Positions 28,803 through 39,768 of a DNA stretch of 64,000 nt are shown in pieces. Both the position numbers and the translations under genes were made by a program. The notes under the pieces were generated by a model. The model was not told where the DNA came from, searched no databases, and saw only the letters and a list, made by a program, of their open reading frames with translations. Every line of letters begins with the position of its first letter. Within the stretch, counting starts at the first letter, position 1. Origin of the DNA: an uncultured Candidatus Rokubacteria bacterium (GTDB lineage: Bacteria > Methylomirabilota > Methylomirabilia > Rokubacteriales > DASRDR01); assembly GCA_963708025.1 (NCBI GenBank), contig CAVPSB010000002.1, positions 355,930-419,929 of the forward strand. Reading direction: 5' to 3'.

Positions 28803-29012
28803 TCACAGGCGGAGCTCCTGGCGCGGCGCCGCCAGCGCGGGTGGCACGCGGATCTGCCGCATGAACTCCACCAGCATCCGGTGGTGATCCCGACCCACGT
28901 CGGGGTGCCGGGACAGGACGCTGGACTCCTGCCCGGGGTCGGACGGCAGGTGGAACAGCTCCGAGCCCCCCGCCTCCGGCATGTAGAGGAAGGACGACGC
29001 AGTCTGCTTCAC
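28803..29012 (-). pseudogene. Sulfatase-like C-terminal fragment
   Basis: SELFHLPSDPGQESSV...HPDV resembles the ELYDL..DP.E..N sulfatase tail; no upstream body. Confidence 0.5.
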
Positions 29013-29349
29013 TCCGGTCGCCGGGAGGCCGCTGCAGAGAGCGCGGCGCCGGGCGCCCGCTGGTGACGGTCAAAAGGCGACAAAGCGGGTCCTCGCGCCG
29101 TGAGGAGCGGCTGGGCACCGTCGAGGCCACACGCTACCACGGGTCAGGGGTACGCCGACGGTACTCGAGGCAGCCGCGCGTCGAAAGGACCAGGATCGCC
29201 TTCGCCATGAACAGGGATAGGGGGGGAGTGCGACTGGTGGCAGCTTCGTTGATGGGCGGAGTGCACCAGGGACTATCACGGCTTCGATGTCCGAACGAGA
29301 CCTGGGCGCTACGCCAGAGGCGGCCGGGCTCCCTCCGAGCGCTTCCCGG

Positions 29350-30075
29350 CTATCCGGGCTCGCGGAGGAGACGACCAAACCCGGTCACCGGATCGGCGAT
29401 GCGGGCAAGTCGGAGCGCGCGCCACAGCGAGGCTTGCTGACTCGTCACGACCGGCTTGCCGAGCTCGCGCTCGAGACGCTCGATGATCCCGATCGTCGGC
29501 AACCCGGTGCCGCTGATCATGACCGCCTCGGCCGCCGGCACGTCGGCGGCACGTCCGAGCGCGTATGCTCGCTCCTCGGTCTCGTCATAGATGTTGGCCA
29601 CGTCGCGGAGCCGATGATAGCCGACGACCTCGAACCCCGACGCTTCCCAGAAGGCACGGCCAGCCGCACTGATCGACTCGGGGTAGGGTGTGGCGAGCGC
29701 TAGTCGCTTGACGCCGAGCCGCCGGAGGCCGGCGCTGACCGCTCCGGCGGCGGTCGTCGCCGGTGTGCCCCCGAGGTCGGTGAGCCGCGCCGCGAGGGCC
29801 GCTTCTCCGACGGCGCGGTTGAGATAGCTCACGGCTGTGTGAGCGAGCACAATCACATCCGGCCTGAGCGCGGCCAAGGAGCGGACGGCGCCGGGCAGCG
29901 CGTCGAGGTAGCCGAGCGTCCGCTGTTCCATCGCCTCGGGCGTGCCGGGCGCCCCAGCACCCGAATCGAGCCGAGCGAAGTGGATCGTCACGCCCGTCGG
30001 AGCCATGCGGTAGAACTCTGGCTCCACCGTGGGGTTGCCGGCGGGAACGAGAACGCCGATTCTGGCCCGGATCAC
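29350..30075 (-). CDS. Maleate isomerase/arylmalonate decarboxylase (Asp/Glu racemase) fold protein lacking catalytic cysteines
   Basis: RIGVLVP..NPTVEPEF, LATPY, LGKPVVTSQQASLW, GFGRLL; the two Cys sites read LAHTA and ISGTG. Confidence 0.82.
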   Translation of the reverse strand: MIRARIGVLVPAGNPTVEPEFYRMAPTGVTIHFARLDSGAGAPGTPEAMEQRTLGYLDALPGAVRSLAALRPDVIVLAHTAVSYLNRAVGEAALAARLTDLGGTPATTAAGAVSAGLRRLGVKRLALATPYPESISAAGRAFWEASGFEVVGYHRLRDVANIYDETEERAYALGRAADVPAAEAVMISGTGLPTIGIIERLERELGKPVVTSQQASLWRALRLARIADPVTGFGRLLREPG

Positions 30076-30429
30076 AGAATGACCATATCACGCCCACGCC
30101 GTGCGCGTCGGCAATCAGACACGCGGACGTCCGAGCCGCACGTTGGGTACGCGAGGGGGGCCGGAATGCGAAACGTAGTCGCGAGCCGACGGAGGTCAAA
30201 GCCGAGTGGAGATGCTCGAGCAGTTGCGTCTTTGCATCGTCATCTCGTTGACTACCCCCGGATGTTGCCCAGCTGCGGTATGAAGGCGCGGAGTTGCGGT
30301 GGGGTCTAGAATGTGACCGTTGGCTGGCTCATCCATGGCTTCGCCAGAGCGGGTCTGTGACACTCCGTGGCACGCTGATGGTTCGACCGAGAAGGTCTTA
30401 TCGGCGACATCGGCGAGCTCCTCGCGGGC

Positions 30430-30600
30430 AGCGGCCGGACGCTGTGCTCGTCGCGGTGCCGACACGGCTCCACGGCGAGATCGTCTCCTCGCTCCTTCGG
30501 GAGGGCATCCCCGTCCTGTGCGGGAAGCCGCTCGGCCTCACGGCAGCGACTGCCGCACAGGTGGGCGGTCTCGCCGCGGCTCCTGGCGTCCCGATGTCTG
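30430..30600 (+). pseudogene. Gfo/Idh/MocA oxidoreductase fragment
   Basis: PDAVLVAVPTRLH..IV...L..GIPVLCGKP (degenerate EKP motif). Confidence 0.55.
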
Positions 30601-30663
30601 ACCTTCTCGCGTCCGAGATGATCGGGCATGAACGTCCTTCCAGCCTCTGTCAGGAGGAGCGTC

Positions 30664-31095
30664 ATGAAGCCTGTCTTCGTCGGCCTGATCGGAATCGCAG
30701 CCGTTCTGTGCGCGTCCACCGCGATGGCGCAGACCGCCAGGGACATCCGTGGGCCTGCTCCCGTCGTCCCGCTGACCGGTGAGGAACCGCTGGCGAAGAT
30801 CGTCATCGATCCCCCGCTGGCGGACTCGCTCGCCCATGGGCGGGTCGTCATCCAGTACCGTGCCGAGAACCTCCACATCGTGCCGGTGTTCGGCCCGAAG
30901 GCCCTCGATGTGTCGCCACGCATCGGGCACATCCACGTGACCGTGGATGATGCGCCGTGGCGCTGGGCCGACGCGAGTGGCGAGCCACTCATCATCAATG
31001 GTCTGCCAGCGGGACCGCACAAGGTCCTCATCGAGCTCGTCAACGCCAACCACCAGACCCTGGACAAGGGGGTCGTTACGTTCGTGATTCCGTGA
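30664..31095 (+). CDS. DUF6130-like exported protein
   Basis: Signal peptide; DPPL..SLA.GRVVIQYRAENL.IVPVFG..ALDVSPRIGHIHVTVDDAPW.WADASGEP, GPHKVLIEL. Confidence 0.75.
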   Translation: MKPVFVGLIGIAAVLCASTAMAQTARDIRGPAPVVPLTGEEPLAKIVIDPPLADSLAHGRVVIQYRAENLHIVPVFGPKALDVSPRIGHIHVTVDDAPWRWADASGEPLIINGLPAGPHKVLIELVNANHQTLDKGVVTFVIP

Positions 31096-31259
31096 CGGGG
31101 TCGCGACCACCCACCAGCACTCGAGGCCGCCGTCGCTCGCCCGAGTGCTGAAGCAAGGACTCCCCCGCGAACGGGCGTCCTATCTCGGCCCGACACAGCC
31201 CGGCTGAGTGTCGCCTCGTAGCGACGCCGCTCGCTGGCGACCGGCTGGAAGGAGGATTT

Positions 31260-31727
31260 GTGCCAAACGGAAAAGGAAGCGGAGAGGTCGTTGCCATAGG
31301 GTTCACCGCGGGCTTCATCGGGGCCGCGGCCGTGCTGCTCGCCGTGAGGCGTCTGTTCTACATCGGGATAGGCCCGGCGCTCGGGGTGACGACGCCGCTG
31401 TCGCTTGCGCCGCCGGACGTATACCGACCGCTCGTATGGGGCGGTCTTTGGGGCATCCCGCTCGGCTTCATCCTCAGGGGGCTGAAAGGCCATCACACGG
31501 CCGTGGGTTTCGGTTATTTCCTCGCCCCCGTCGCGGCCCTGCTTCTCGTGTTCATGCCGCTGGGCGGGATGGGCCTTCTCGGGCTCAACGGCGGGCCGGG
31601 CATCATGGTGCATGCCCTCATCGCGAACACGCCCTACGGGATCGTGACGACGCTGGTGGTCGCGGCCCTTGCAGGCGGGGGCGCCCGTCGGCCGGAGCCG
31701 CACCTCGGGCAAGCGCCTCGGATGTGA
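31260..31727 (+). CDS. Hypothetical four-TM membrane protein
   Basis: GAAGGAGG RBS, four hydrophobic segments, YRPLVWGGLWG. Confidence 0.65.
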   Translation: MPNGKGSGEVVAIGFTAGFIGAAAVLLAVRRLFYIGIGPALGVTTPLSLAPPDVYRPLVWGGLWGIPLGFILRGLKGHHTAVGFGYFLAPVAALLLVFMPLGGMGLLGLNGGPGIMVHALIANTPYGIVTTLVVAALAGGGARRPEPHLGQAPRM

Positions 31728-31903
31728 CTCGAAGCGGCACGTGCGGAAGTGTCAGGAGCGACCGAGTGGTTCGGCGCCGTTGATGCCCCGGCTGTCGAGG
31801 AAGGGCTGACGAAGGAGGATCGGCAGGCCAAGGGGTCCAGAGTTAACGAGACTGCGGCCGGGGACATCTGACCGCCTCCCTCGACCCGCCAGCAGGACTG
31901 GCG

Positions 31904-32428
31904 TCAACCGGGCTTCCGCCTTCCTCTTCGAAGTGCGCGGCTCGGCTGCATCCACCTCCGTCCCCGACTCTCGACGGCCACATCACGCAAATGGGTCAGC
32001 CGGCGCTTGGCATCCGCCCAGGCCTTCGTCCCCAATTCGCGGAGGACCGTGTCTTGCGCCACGGCCCAGAGCGGCCACGCGACCGCCAGGACTCTTCGCC
32101 CTTTGGCGGTGGGTCTCAGCGCCTTGACGCGCCCGTCGGGGTGGGGAGCACGCTCGATCACGCCATCCCGCTCGAGCAGATTGATGCTCCGCGTCAGGGT
32201 CGTCTGGTTGACCGCGAGTCTATCCTCGAGTTGCCGCAGATTGGCCTCGCCCAGGTGCGCGAGAGTCGCGAGGATGCTGAACTGGGTCGCCCGCAGGCCG
32301 CTCGGCCGCAAGATGTCGTCGTACAGCTGGGTCACGGCCCGGGTGACCATCCGAAGAGTGCTGCAAACACAGGGGGACAGACGTTCGGGATCTCGGCCGG
32401 TCGTCCGGATGGTCCCGCGCAGAGTCAT
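31904..32428 (-). CDS. MarR-family transcriptional regulator
   Basis: CVCSTLRMVTRAVTQLYD..LRPSGLRATQFSIL, TTLTRSI..LERDG.I. Confidence 0.88.
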   Translation of the reverse strand: MTLRGTIRTTGRDPERLSPCVCSTLRMVTRAVTQLYDDILRPSGLRATQFSILATLAHLGEANLRQLEDRLAVNQTTLTRSINLLERDGVIERAPHPDGRVKALRPTAKGRRVLAVAWPLWAVAQDTVLRELGTKAWADAKRRLTHLRDVAVESRGRRWMQPSRALRRGRRKPG

Positions 32429-32471
32429 GGGGTCATCCTACCAGCCCCCGCCTTGGCCGGCAAGCGGCTTG

Positions 32472-32505
32472 CATGTAGATACATGATCATTGAATGTATA
32501 TACAT
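32472..32505. promoter_or_regulatory. Tandem palindromic operator between divergent marR and MATE genes
   Basis: CATGTA-GA-TACATG (32472-32485) and ATGTA-TA-TACAT (32494-32505) in an AT-rich island. Confidence 0.7.
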
Positions 32506-32591
32506 CGAGCTGCGAATCCCGAGGGCCCGGGCCGGCATCTGAAGGGGCAGGAGTGAGGCCACCATGAATCGAAGACGATGGGCTGATCGGC

Positions 32592-34058
32592 GTGCGCGGT
32601 GCGGACGTTTCGGCGGGCCCTCCGGTGGAGCGTAGGGCCGCCGGGTCCGCCGCCGTCGCGCCCCCCGTCGGCACGTCTGTCGCGCGCCCCGTGGCCGACC
32701 GCACCCGACTGCTCCTGGAGGGCCCGATCGCCCCGACCTTACTGCGCCTGGCCGCGCCCAACGTCGTCGTCATGGCCGTCCAGGCGGCGGTGAGCGCCGG
32801 CGAAGCCTACTTCCTGGGCTGGCTCGGCGCTGACGCGCTGGCTGGGGTGTCCCTCGCCTTTCCGCTCATCATGCTGATGCAGACCATGTCGGCGGGCGGG
32901 ATGGGCGGCGGCGTCAGCTCGGCCGTGGCGCGCGCACTGGGCGCCGGCCGGCGGGGCGACGCCAGTGCCCTGGTGCTCCACGCGCTGGTGATCGCAGCCG
33001 TCATGGGGACAGGCTTCACCGGCGCGCTTCTCGTCGGAGGTCCCACGCTCTACCGGGCCATGGGTGGCACTGGCGGGGCGCTGCGCGCGGCGCTCTCGTA
33101 CTCCAACATCGTGTTCGGGGGCGCGATCGCCGTCTGGCTCTTCAACACGCTGGCCAGCGCCGTCCGCGGGACCGGCAACATGCTGCTCCCGGCCACCGTC
33201 GTCGTCGGGGGCGCGGCCCTCACGCTGGGTCTCTCGCCGGCGCTGATCTTCGGTTGGGGACCGGTGCCTCCGCTGGGGATCGCGGGCGCCGCCGCGGGCC
33301 TCGTCGCCTACTACGTGGCCGGTAGCCTGGTCCTGCTCGCCTACCTGCTCTCCGGCCGGAGCCTTGTCCGAGTCTCGCTCTCCCGCGTCCGGCTCCGCTG
33401 GCGGTTGTTCGGAGAGATCCTGCGAGTCGGAGCGCCGAGCCTCGTGAACAATGTCCAGACCAACCTGACCGTCGTCCTGCTCACGGGGCTCGTCGGACCG
33501 TTCGGCACGACGGCCCTGGCCGGCTATGGCATGGGCGCCCGGCTCGAGTATCTCCAGATCCCGCTGGTCTTCGGCTTCGGCTCCGCCCTGGTGACGATGG
33601 TCGGAACGAACATCGGCGCCGGAGACCACGCACGAGCGGAGCGGATCGCCTGGACCGGCGCCGGCATGGCCGCGGTCCTCACGGGCGCGATCGGGCTCGG
33701 CGCCGCGCTGGCGCCCCGCGCATGGTTGGGCCTCTTCAGCGCCGATCCCGAGGTGCTCGAGGCGGGCGCGACGTACCTCCGGATCGTGGGCCCCGCCTAC
33801 GCCTTCTTCGGTCTCGGCCTCGCCCTGTACTTCGCGTCCCAGGGGGCGGGACGACTGCTCTGGCCCGTCCTGGCCGGGTTCAGCCGGCTCATCGTCGCGA
33901 CCGTGGGCGGATGGATGGCGATCCACTGGTTCGGCGGCGGACTGACCGCGCTCTTCGCCGTGATGGCCCTCGCCTTCGTTGTGTTCGGGATCACCCTGGC
34001 GTTGGCCGTGCGATCCGGCGCGTGGCGACGGGCGACCCCGCGAGCCGGAGACGTCTGA
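32592..34058 (+). CDS. MATE family efflux transporter
   Basis: LLRLAAPN, LGADALAGVSLAFP, RGTGNM, GYGMGARLEYLQIP, VGTNIGAG; start uncertain. Confidence 0.9.
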   Translation: MRGADVSAGPPVERRAAGSAAVAPPVGTSVARPVADRTRLLLEGPIAPTLLRLAAPNVVVMAVQAAVSAGEAYFLGWLGADALAGVSLAFPLIMLMQTMSAGGMGGGVSSAVARALGAGRRGDASALVLHALVIAAVMGTGFTGALLVGGPTLYRAMGGTGGALRAALSYSNIVFGGAIAVWLFNTLASAVRGTGNMLLPATVVVGGAALTLGLSPALIFGWGPVPPLGIAGAAAGLVAYYVAGSLVLLAYLLSGRSLVRVSLSRVRLRWRLFGEILRVGAPSLVNNVQTNLTVVLLTGLVGPFGTTALAGYGMGARLEYLQIPLVFGFGSALVTMVGTNIGAGDHARAERIAWTGAGMAAVLTGAIGLGAALAPRAWLGLFSADPEVLEAGATYLRIVGPAYAFFGLGLALYFASQGAGRLLWPVLAGFSRLIVATVGGWMAIHWFGGGLTALFAVMALAFVVFGITLALAVRSGAWRRATPRAGDV

Positions 34059-34088
34059 GAGATCCAACCTGCCCTGGAGGACGGAACC

Positions 34089-34526
34089 ATGCCGACGAAG
34101 CTCGCCGAGCTCCAGCAAATCCGGGACGGGACGCGCCCGCCGCCCCCGATCGCGGCCCTCATCGGATGCACCTTGAGCGCGGTCGCGCCCGGAGAGGCGG
34201 TCATCGAGCTCACGGCGGGTCCCCGACACGCGAACCCGATGGGAACCCTCCACGGGGGCGTTCTCTGCGACATCGCCGACGCCGCCATGGGGATCGCCTA
34301 CGCCAGCACGCTGGCCGAGGGCGAGACCTTCGCGACGCTCGAGTTGAAGATCAATTTCCTGAAGCCGGTGTGGACCGCCAAGCTCCGGGCCATCGGGCGC
34401 CTCGTCAAGCGCGGGAAGACCGTGGGTCTCCTCGAGTGTGACATCACCGATGAGCAACAGAGCCTCGTGGCCCGAGCGTCGTCGACCTGCATGACCCTCC
34501 GCGGGGAGGAGGCGCGTGGCCGGTGA
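34089..34526 (+). CDS. PaaI-family thioesterase
   Basis: HANPMGTLHGGVLCDIADAAMG, TLELKINFLKP. Confidence 0.92.
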   Translation: MPTKLAELQQIRDGTRPPPPIAALIGCTLSAVAPGEAVIELTAGPRHANPMGTLHGGVLCDIADAAMGIAYASTLAEGETFATLELKINFLKPVWTAKLRAIGRLVKRGKTVGLLECDITDEQQSLVARASSTCMTLRGEEARGR

Positions 34527-34644
34527 GGTTCGAGATCGGATACAGGCTGGCTCTGAGTCGGGGGGCCACGTAGGCGGCCTCCTCGCAGGCCGGCTCGCAA
34601 CCGGCACCACGTGTGGAAGCGTGGGCCGGAGAGAGGAGACCACG

Positions 34645-35064
34645 ATGCCCGTCGCCAAGATCCATGTCCTCGAGGGGCGGTACGACGAAGGCCGTCTCGG
34701 AAAGGTATCGAGCGCCGTTCAGGATGGCCTCATCCGTGCGCTGGGCATTCCGCCCGAGGACTTCTTCCAGATCGTTCACGTGCTGCCTCGGAGGCAGTTC
34801 CTTCATACGTCGTCGTTCCTGGGGCTGAAATATTCGGATGACCTGATCCTGCTGGAGATCACGTTCATCGCTGGCCGCCCCAAGGAGAAGCGACTGGAGC
34901 TGTTGAAGACCTTGAACGACGGCGTCACCGCGGCGGCCGTGATGTCTCCAGATGATCTCGTGATCACGCTCTACGAGACGCCGGGCGAGAACATTTCGTT
35001 CGGCCGCGGTCTGGCCCAACGGGCCCAGCTCTCGGACACGGCTCTCACGGGCAGCGTACGTTAA
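34645..35064 (+). CDS. Tautomerase superfamily protein (MSAD-like, catalytic Pro-1)
   Basis: M-P-V start behind GAGGAG; ALGIPPEDFFQI, GRPKEKR, ENISFGRG.AQ. Confidence 0.85.
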   Translation: MPVAKIHVLEGRYDEGRLGKVSSAVQDGLIRALGIPPEDFFQIVHVLPRRQFLHTSSFLGLKYSDDLILLEITFIAGRPKEKRLELLKTLNDGVTAAAVMSPDDLVITLYETPGENISFGRGLAQRAQLSDTALTGSVR

Positions 35065-35088
35065 CCCTCGGTCATGGGGAGAAAAAGT

Positions 35089-35946
35089 ATGAGCAAGTCC
35101 CCCTCGAACGGCACCGCGCTCATCACCGGCGCCTCCACAGGGATCGGTGCCGTCTATGCCGACCGTCTTGCCAGGCGTGGCTACGACCTCATCCTGGTGG
35201 CCCGTAACCAGGCGCGGCTCGAGGCCCTCGCCGCCCGCCTGACGAAGGAAACCGGACGCCTGGCCACCTCGCTGCGGGCGGACCTCGGCGACCGGACGGA
35301 TCTCGCCGAGGTCGAGCGCGTGCTGCGCGATGACCAGGCCATCACCATGCTTGTCAACAATGCCGGCATCGGCTCGATCACGCCGCTGCTGAAGACCGAA
35401 CTTGACACGGTCGACGACATGATCGCGCTCAACATCACCGCGCTGACCCGCCTCGCCTATGCGGCGGCCCCGGCATTCGTCGCGCGGGGCGCCGGCACGA
35501 TCATTACCATCGCCTCGGTGGTGGGCATCTCGCCCGAGACGCTCAACGGGGTGTACGGCGCGACCAAAGCCTATGCCATTGCTCTCAGCCATTCGCTGCA
35601 GCATGAGCTCTCCGATAAGGGGATCCGCATCCAGGCGGTGCTGCCGGCCGCGACCGCAACCGAGCTCTGGGAGAAGGCTGGTCTCCCGTACGAGAGCTTG
35701 CTCGCGTCGATCGTGATGTCGCCGGACGACGTGGTCGATGCGGCGCTGGCCGGGCTCGACCAGGGCGAGCGGGTCACGCTTCCCAGCCTCCACGATGGAG
35801 ACGAATGGACCCGTTTCGAGGCTGCCCGCCGCGCCCTCTCGAAGCAGTTCGGCAATTCCGAGCCCGCGCCTCGATATCGGATCGGTGTCCGAGCATCGGC
35901 TCGGGCGACCACGTCGGGCCAAGGAGAGAGACATGGGTCGGCTTGA
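35089..35946 (+). CDS. SDR family oxidoreductase
   Basis: TGASTGIG, NNAG, YGATK. Confidence 0.92.
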   Translation: MSKSPSNGTALITGASTGIGAVYADRLARRGYDLILVARNQARLEALAARLTKETGRLATSLRADLGDRTDLAEVERVLRDDQAITMLVNNAGIGSITPLLKTELDTVDDMIALNITALTRLAYAAAPAFVARGAGTIITIASVVGISPETLNGVYGATKAYAIALSHSLQHELSDKGIRIQAVLPAATATELWEKAGLPYESLLASIVMSPDDVVDAALAGLDQGERVTLPSLHDGDEWTRFEAARRALSKQFGNSEPAPRYRIGVRASARATTSGQGERHGSA

Positions 35947-36019
35947 CGGCAAGGTTGGGCTCAATACCACCTGAGCCGAGCCTATGATTCACGTCATTCC
36001 GAAGACCGAAGGGACGGAC

Positions 36020-36643
36020 ATGAGCGACCGACCGTATGACGCCGACCGCACCGGCCTCCTGCTGGTGGATCCGTACAACGATTTCTTGTCCGAGGGTGGG
36101 CAGATCTGGCCGCGGTTGAAGCCGGTGGCCACGGAGGTCGGGCTGCTCGACAATCTGCGAGCGGTCACCGCGGCGGCGCGCGCGGCGGGGATCCAGGTCG
36201 TCATCGTGCCGCATCGCCGCTGGCAGCCCGGCGACTACGACGACTGGGCCTACCCGAATCCCACCCAGGTCCGCATCCGAGAGAGCCACACGTTCGCCAA
36301 AGGCACCTGGGGCGGCGAGTTCCACCCCGACTTCACCCCCCGTGACGGCGACGTGGTGATCAAAGAGCACTGGGCCCAAAGCGGGTTCGCCAACACCGAC
36401 CTGGACGTCCAACTCAAACGACACCGCATCACCCACGTCATCGTCATCGGGGTCCTGGCCAACACCTGCGTCGAATCCACCAGCCGCTTCGCGATGGAGC
36501 TGGGCTACCACGTCACCCTCGTCCGCGCCGCCGCCGCCGCCCTCACCAGGGACATGCTCCGCGCCGCCCACGACCTCAACGGCCCCACCTACGCTCACGC
36601 CATCACCACGACGACCGAGCTCACCGCCACTCTGACCACCTGA
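36020..36643 (+). CDS. Isochorismatase-family cysteine hydrolase
   Basis: LLLVDPYNDF, SGFANTDL, ANTCVEST. Confidence 0.9.
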   Translation: MSDRPYDADRTGLLLVDPYNDFLSEGGQIWPRLKPVATEVGLLDNLRAVTAAARAAGIQVVIVPHRRWQPGDYDDWAYPNPTQVRIRESHTFAKGTWGGEFHPDFTPRDGDVVIKEHWAQSGFANTDLDVQLKRHRITHVIVIGVLANTCVESTSRFAMELGYHVTLVRAAAAALTRDMLRAAHDLNGPTYAHAITTTTELTATLTT

Positions 36644-36762
36644 ACTCGCTAGGGGAGCGTCCAGGGTCGGCGATGCGCACGGGTCGAACGTCGCGCCGTA
36701 ACGCACCAGAGGTCCGGAGATCGAATTCTGAAGGAAGAGGCCCCATCATGAGGAGGATTGCC

Positions 36763-37779
36763 ATGCCTTCTTCGGGGAACCGCCAGGTCCGTCTCAAGAG
36801 CCGTCCGGTCGGCGAGCCGAAGCCCGATGATTTCCAGCTCGCCGAGGCACCGATCCCCAGCCCGGGGATGGGCAGGTCCTGTCGCGGACGATCTACCTCT
36901 CGCTCGATCCGTACATGCGCGGGAGGATGAACGAAGCGCGGTCCTACGCGGCGTCATTGGACCTCGGCCAGGTGATGGTCGGAGCGACGGTGAGCGAGGT
37001 CGTCGAGTCGAGGTACGCTGGGGTGGCCAAGGGCGACCTGGTGCTGGGCTATGACGGCTGGCAGGATCGCGGTCTCCACAGGCCGGAGTCTCCGAACGCT
37101 CGATCCGCGCGCGGCGCCGATCTCCACGGCGCTCGGCGTGCTCGGGATGCCCGGCATGACGGCCTACGTGGGGTTGCTCGACATGGGTCGCCCGAAGCCG
37201 GGGGAGACGGTCGTGGTCTCTGCCGCGGCTGGCGCCGTCGGGTCGGCCGTCGGGCAGATCGCCCGGATCAAGGGCTGCCGGGCCGTCGGCATCGCGGGCG
37301 GCCCGGTCAAGTGCGACCACGTCGTCAAGGAGCTCGGCTTCGACGCCGCGGTCGACTACCGGACCGGAGATCTCTTCACGGCGCTCAAGCAGGCGTGCCC
37401 GAACGGGATCGACGTCTACTTCGACAACGTGGGCGGCGACATCCTGAAGGCGGTGCTGCGGCAGATCAACGTCAACGCACGCATCCCGCTCTGTGGCATC
37501 ATCTCGCAGTACAATGCGACCGAGCTGCCAGCCGGTCCGAACCTCGCGCCCGTGCTGGTGAATCGGGCGCTGATCCAGGGATTCATCATCTCGGATCACG
37601 TCGAACGCATGCCCGAATTCCTCCGCGACTGCGGGGAGTGGGTGCGAACAGGCCGTCTGAAGTATCACGAGGACATCGTCGACGGCCTCGAGCGCGCCCC
37701 GGACGCGTTTATCGGGCTGCTGCGCGGCCAGAACCTCGGCAAGCTCATCGTGCGGGTGTCCTCGGATCCGACCCGGTAG
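36763..37779 (+). CDS. NADP-dependent oxidoreductase (CurA/YncB/PTGR-like MDR), frameshifts near 36865 and 37065
   Basis: LKSRPVGEP..DF / YLSLDPYMRGRM / LGVLGMPGMTAY, SAAAGAVG, YFDNVGG, NLGK spread over three frames. Confidence 0.85.
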
Positions 37780-37800
37780 TCCCTCGAGTGGAGGCATGCG

Positions 37801-38589
37801 ATGACCCTCTCCTCCGACACCGAATTCACCGGCAAGCGCGCGCTCGTGACCGGCGGCACCAAGGGCATGGGCGAAGCCATCGTCCGACGCCTGAGAGGTT
37901 CTGGAGCCACCGTCGTCACCACGGCTCGGTCCGCGCCGTCTCACCTGCCCCAGCCGGATCTCTTCGTCGGAGCCGACCTCAGCTCGGCCGTGGGGACGGA
38001 GAAGGTCATCCGCTACGTGCTCGATCGCCTCGGCGGCCTCGATATCCTGGTCAACAACGTCGGAGGGTCGTCGGCACCGGGCGGAGGCTTCGCCGCACTC
38101 ACGGACGACGATTGGCAGCATGCGTTGAACCAGAACCTGCTGGCCGCCGTTCGTCTCGATCGCGGGCTGCTTCCATCGATGCTGAAGCAGGGATCCGGCG
38201 TCATCATCCACATCTCGTCGATCCAGCGGCGCCTCCCGCTGTTCGAGGCCACGCTGGCGTATGCCGCCGCGAAGGCGGCGCTCAGCAACTACAGCAAAGG
38301 TTTGTCGAACGAGGTCGGACCCAAGGGCATCCGGGTCGTCAGCGTGGCGCCGGGCTTCATCCAGACCAGCGCGGCCACGGCACTGATCGACCGACTGGCG
38401 GCCAGCTCGGGCACCGACCCGAATACGGCGCGCGAGGAATTGATGAAATCGCTCGGCGGCATCCCGCTTGGCCGCCCGGGCTGGCCGGCCGAGGTCGCCG
38501 AGCTGGTCGCCTTCCTCGCCTCTGATCGCGCCGCGTCGATCACCGGGAGCGAGTATGTCATCGACGGCGGCACGATCCCGACGATCTGA
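37801..38589 (+). CDS. SDR family oxidoreductase
   Basis: TGGTKGMG, NNVG, YAAAK, ITGSEYVIDGG. Confidence 0.92.
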   Translation: MTLSSDTEFTGKRALVTGGTKGMGEAIVRRLRGSGATVVTTARSAPSHLPQPDLFVGADLSSAVGTEKVIRYVLDRLGGLDILVNNVGGSSAPGGGFAALTDDDWQHALNQNLLAAVRLDRGLLPSMLKQGSGVIIHISSIQRRLPLFEATLAYAAAKAALSNYSKGLSNEVGPKGIRVVSVAPGFIQTSAATALIDRLAASSGTDPNTAREELMKSLGGIPLGRPGWPAEVAELVAFLASDRAASITGSEYVIDGGTIPTI

Positions 38590-38931
38590 CGGGGGCGAGC
38601 CATCGTCGCGCGCACTGCCGCCCGCCGGCGTCCAGACGCCGTCGGCACGTCGTGGGTGTATGCTCCGCATCATGGTCCGCAGAATGGCGAGGAGCGCGCT
38701 CACGCCATCGAGGCCGAGAGGAAGATGGACGGGAGGCGCGCCCCCGACACGACCCTCTGAGCGACACGGAACGGGCCGGGGACGGGCAACCGTACCGCGG
38801 TTCCCTCGCGACATCGCCCAGGCGCGAGGCGGCGCGGCCATGGCCATCGCCGCGGCGCAACCGAGCGGGACAGTACCCCACGCAGGGGCGTGTCTTGACG
38901 CACGCTCCACCGGATTGAAGGAGCACGGACC

Positions 38932-39768
38932 ATGCCGATGATCACGAGCAAGGACGGGGCGCAGATCTACTACAAGGACTGGGGCAGCGGGCAGCCCATC
39001 GTGTTCAGTCACGGCTGGCCGCTCAGCGCCGACGACTGGGACGCGCAGATGATCTTCTTCGCCTCCCGCGGGTTTCGTTGCATCGCGCACGACCGCCGCG
39101 GGCACGGGCGATCGACCCAGACGTGGGATGGCAACGAGATGAACACGTATGCCGACGATCTCGTGACTCTCACCGAGACGCTCGATCTGAAGCATGCGAT
39201 TCACGTCGGTCATTCGACGGGCGGCGGCGAGGTCGCGCATTACATCGGCCGCCACGGCGCCGGTCGGGCGAAGGGCCGCGTCGCCAAGGCGGTCCTCGTC
39301 GGCGCCGTTCCCCCGCTGATGGTCAAGACGGCTGGCAATCCCGGCGGGCTGCCGCTCGACGTCTTCGACGGGTTTCGCGCCACGCTGCTGGCCGATCGGG
39401 CCCAGTTCTTCAAGGACATCCCCGCCGGACCGTTTTACGGCTTCAACCGACCCGGCGCGAAGGTCTCGCGGGGCGTCATCGACAACTGGTGGCGGCAGGG
39501 GATGATGTGCGGGGTCAAGGCCGCCTACGACTGCATCAAGGCCTTCAGCGAGACCGACTTCACGGATGATCTCAAGAAGATCGACGTCCCCACGTTGATC
39601 ATGCACGGCGACGACGACCAGATTGTCCCCATTGGCGCCAGCGCGATGCTCTCGAGCAGACTGGTCCAGAATGCCCAGCTCAAGGTCTACACAGGCCTGC
39701 CTCACGGCATGTGCACGACGCACCATGACGTGATCAATGCAGCCCTGCTTGAATTCGTCAAGGCATGA
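38932..39768 (+). CDS. cpo: Non-heme chloroperoxidase / alpha-beta hydrolase (perhydrolase)
   Basis: [42 protein letters not shown]. Confidence 0.88.
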   Translation: MPMITSKDGAQIYYKDWGSGQPIVFSHGWPLSADDWDAQMIFFASRGFRCIAHDRRGHGRSTQTWDGNEMNTYADDLVTLTETLDLKHAIHVGHSTGGGEVAHYIGRHGAGRAKGRVAKAVLVGAVPPLMVKTAGNPGGLPLDVFDGFRATLLADRAQFFKDIPAGPFYGFNRPGAKVSRGVIDNWWRQGMMCGVKAAYDCIKAFSETDFTDDLKKIDVPTLIMHGDDDQIVPIGASAMLSSRLVQNAQLKVYTGLPHGMCTTHHDVINAALLEFVKA

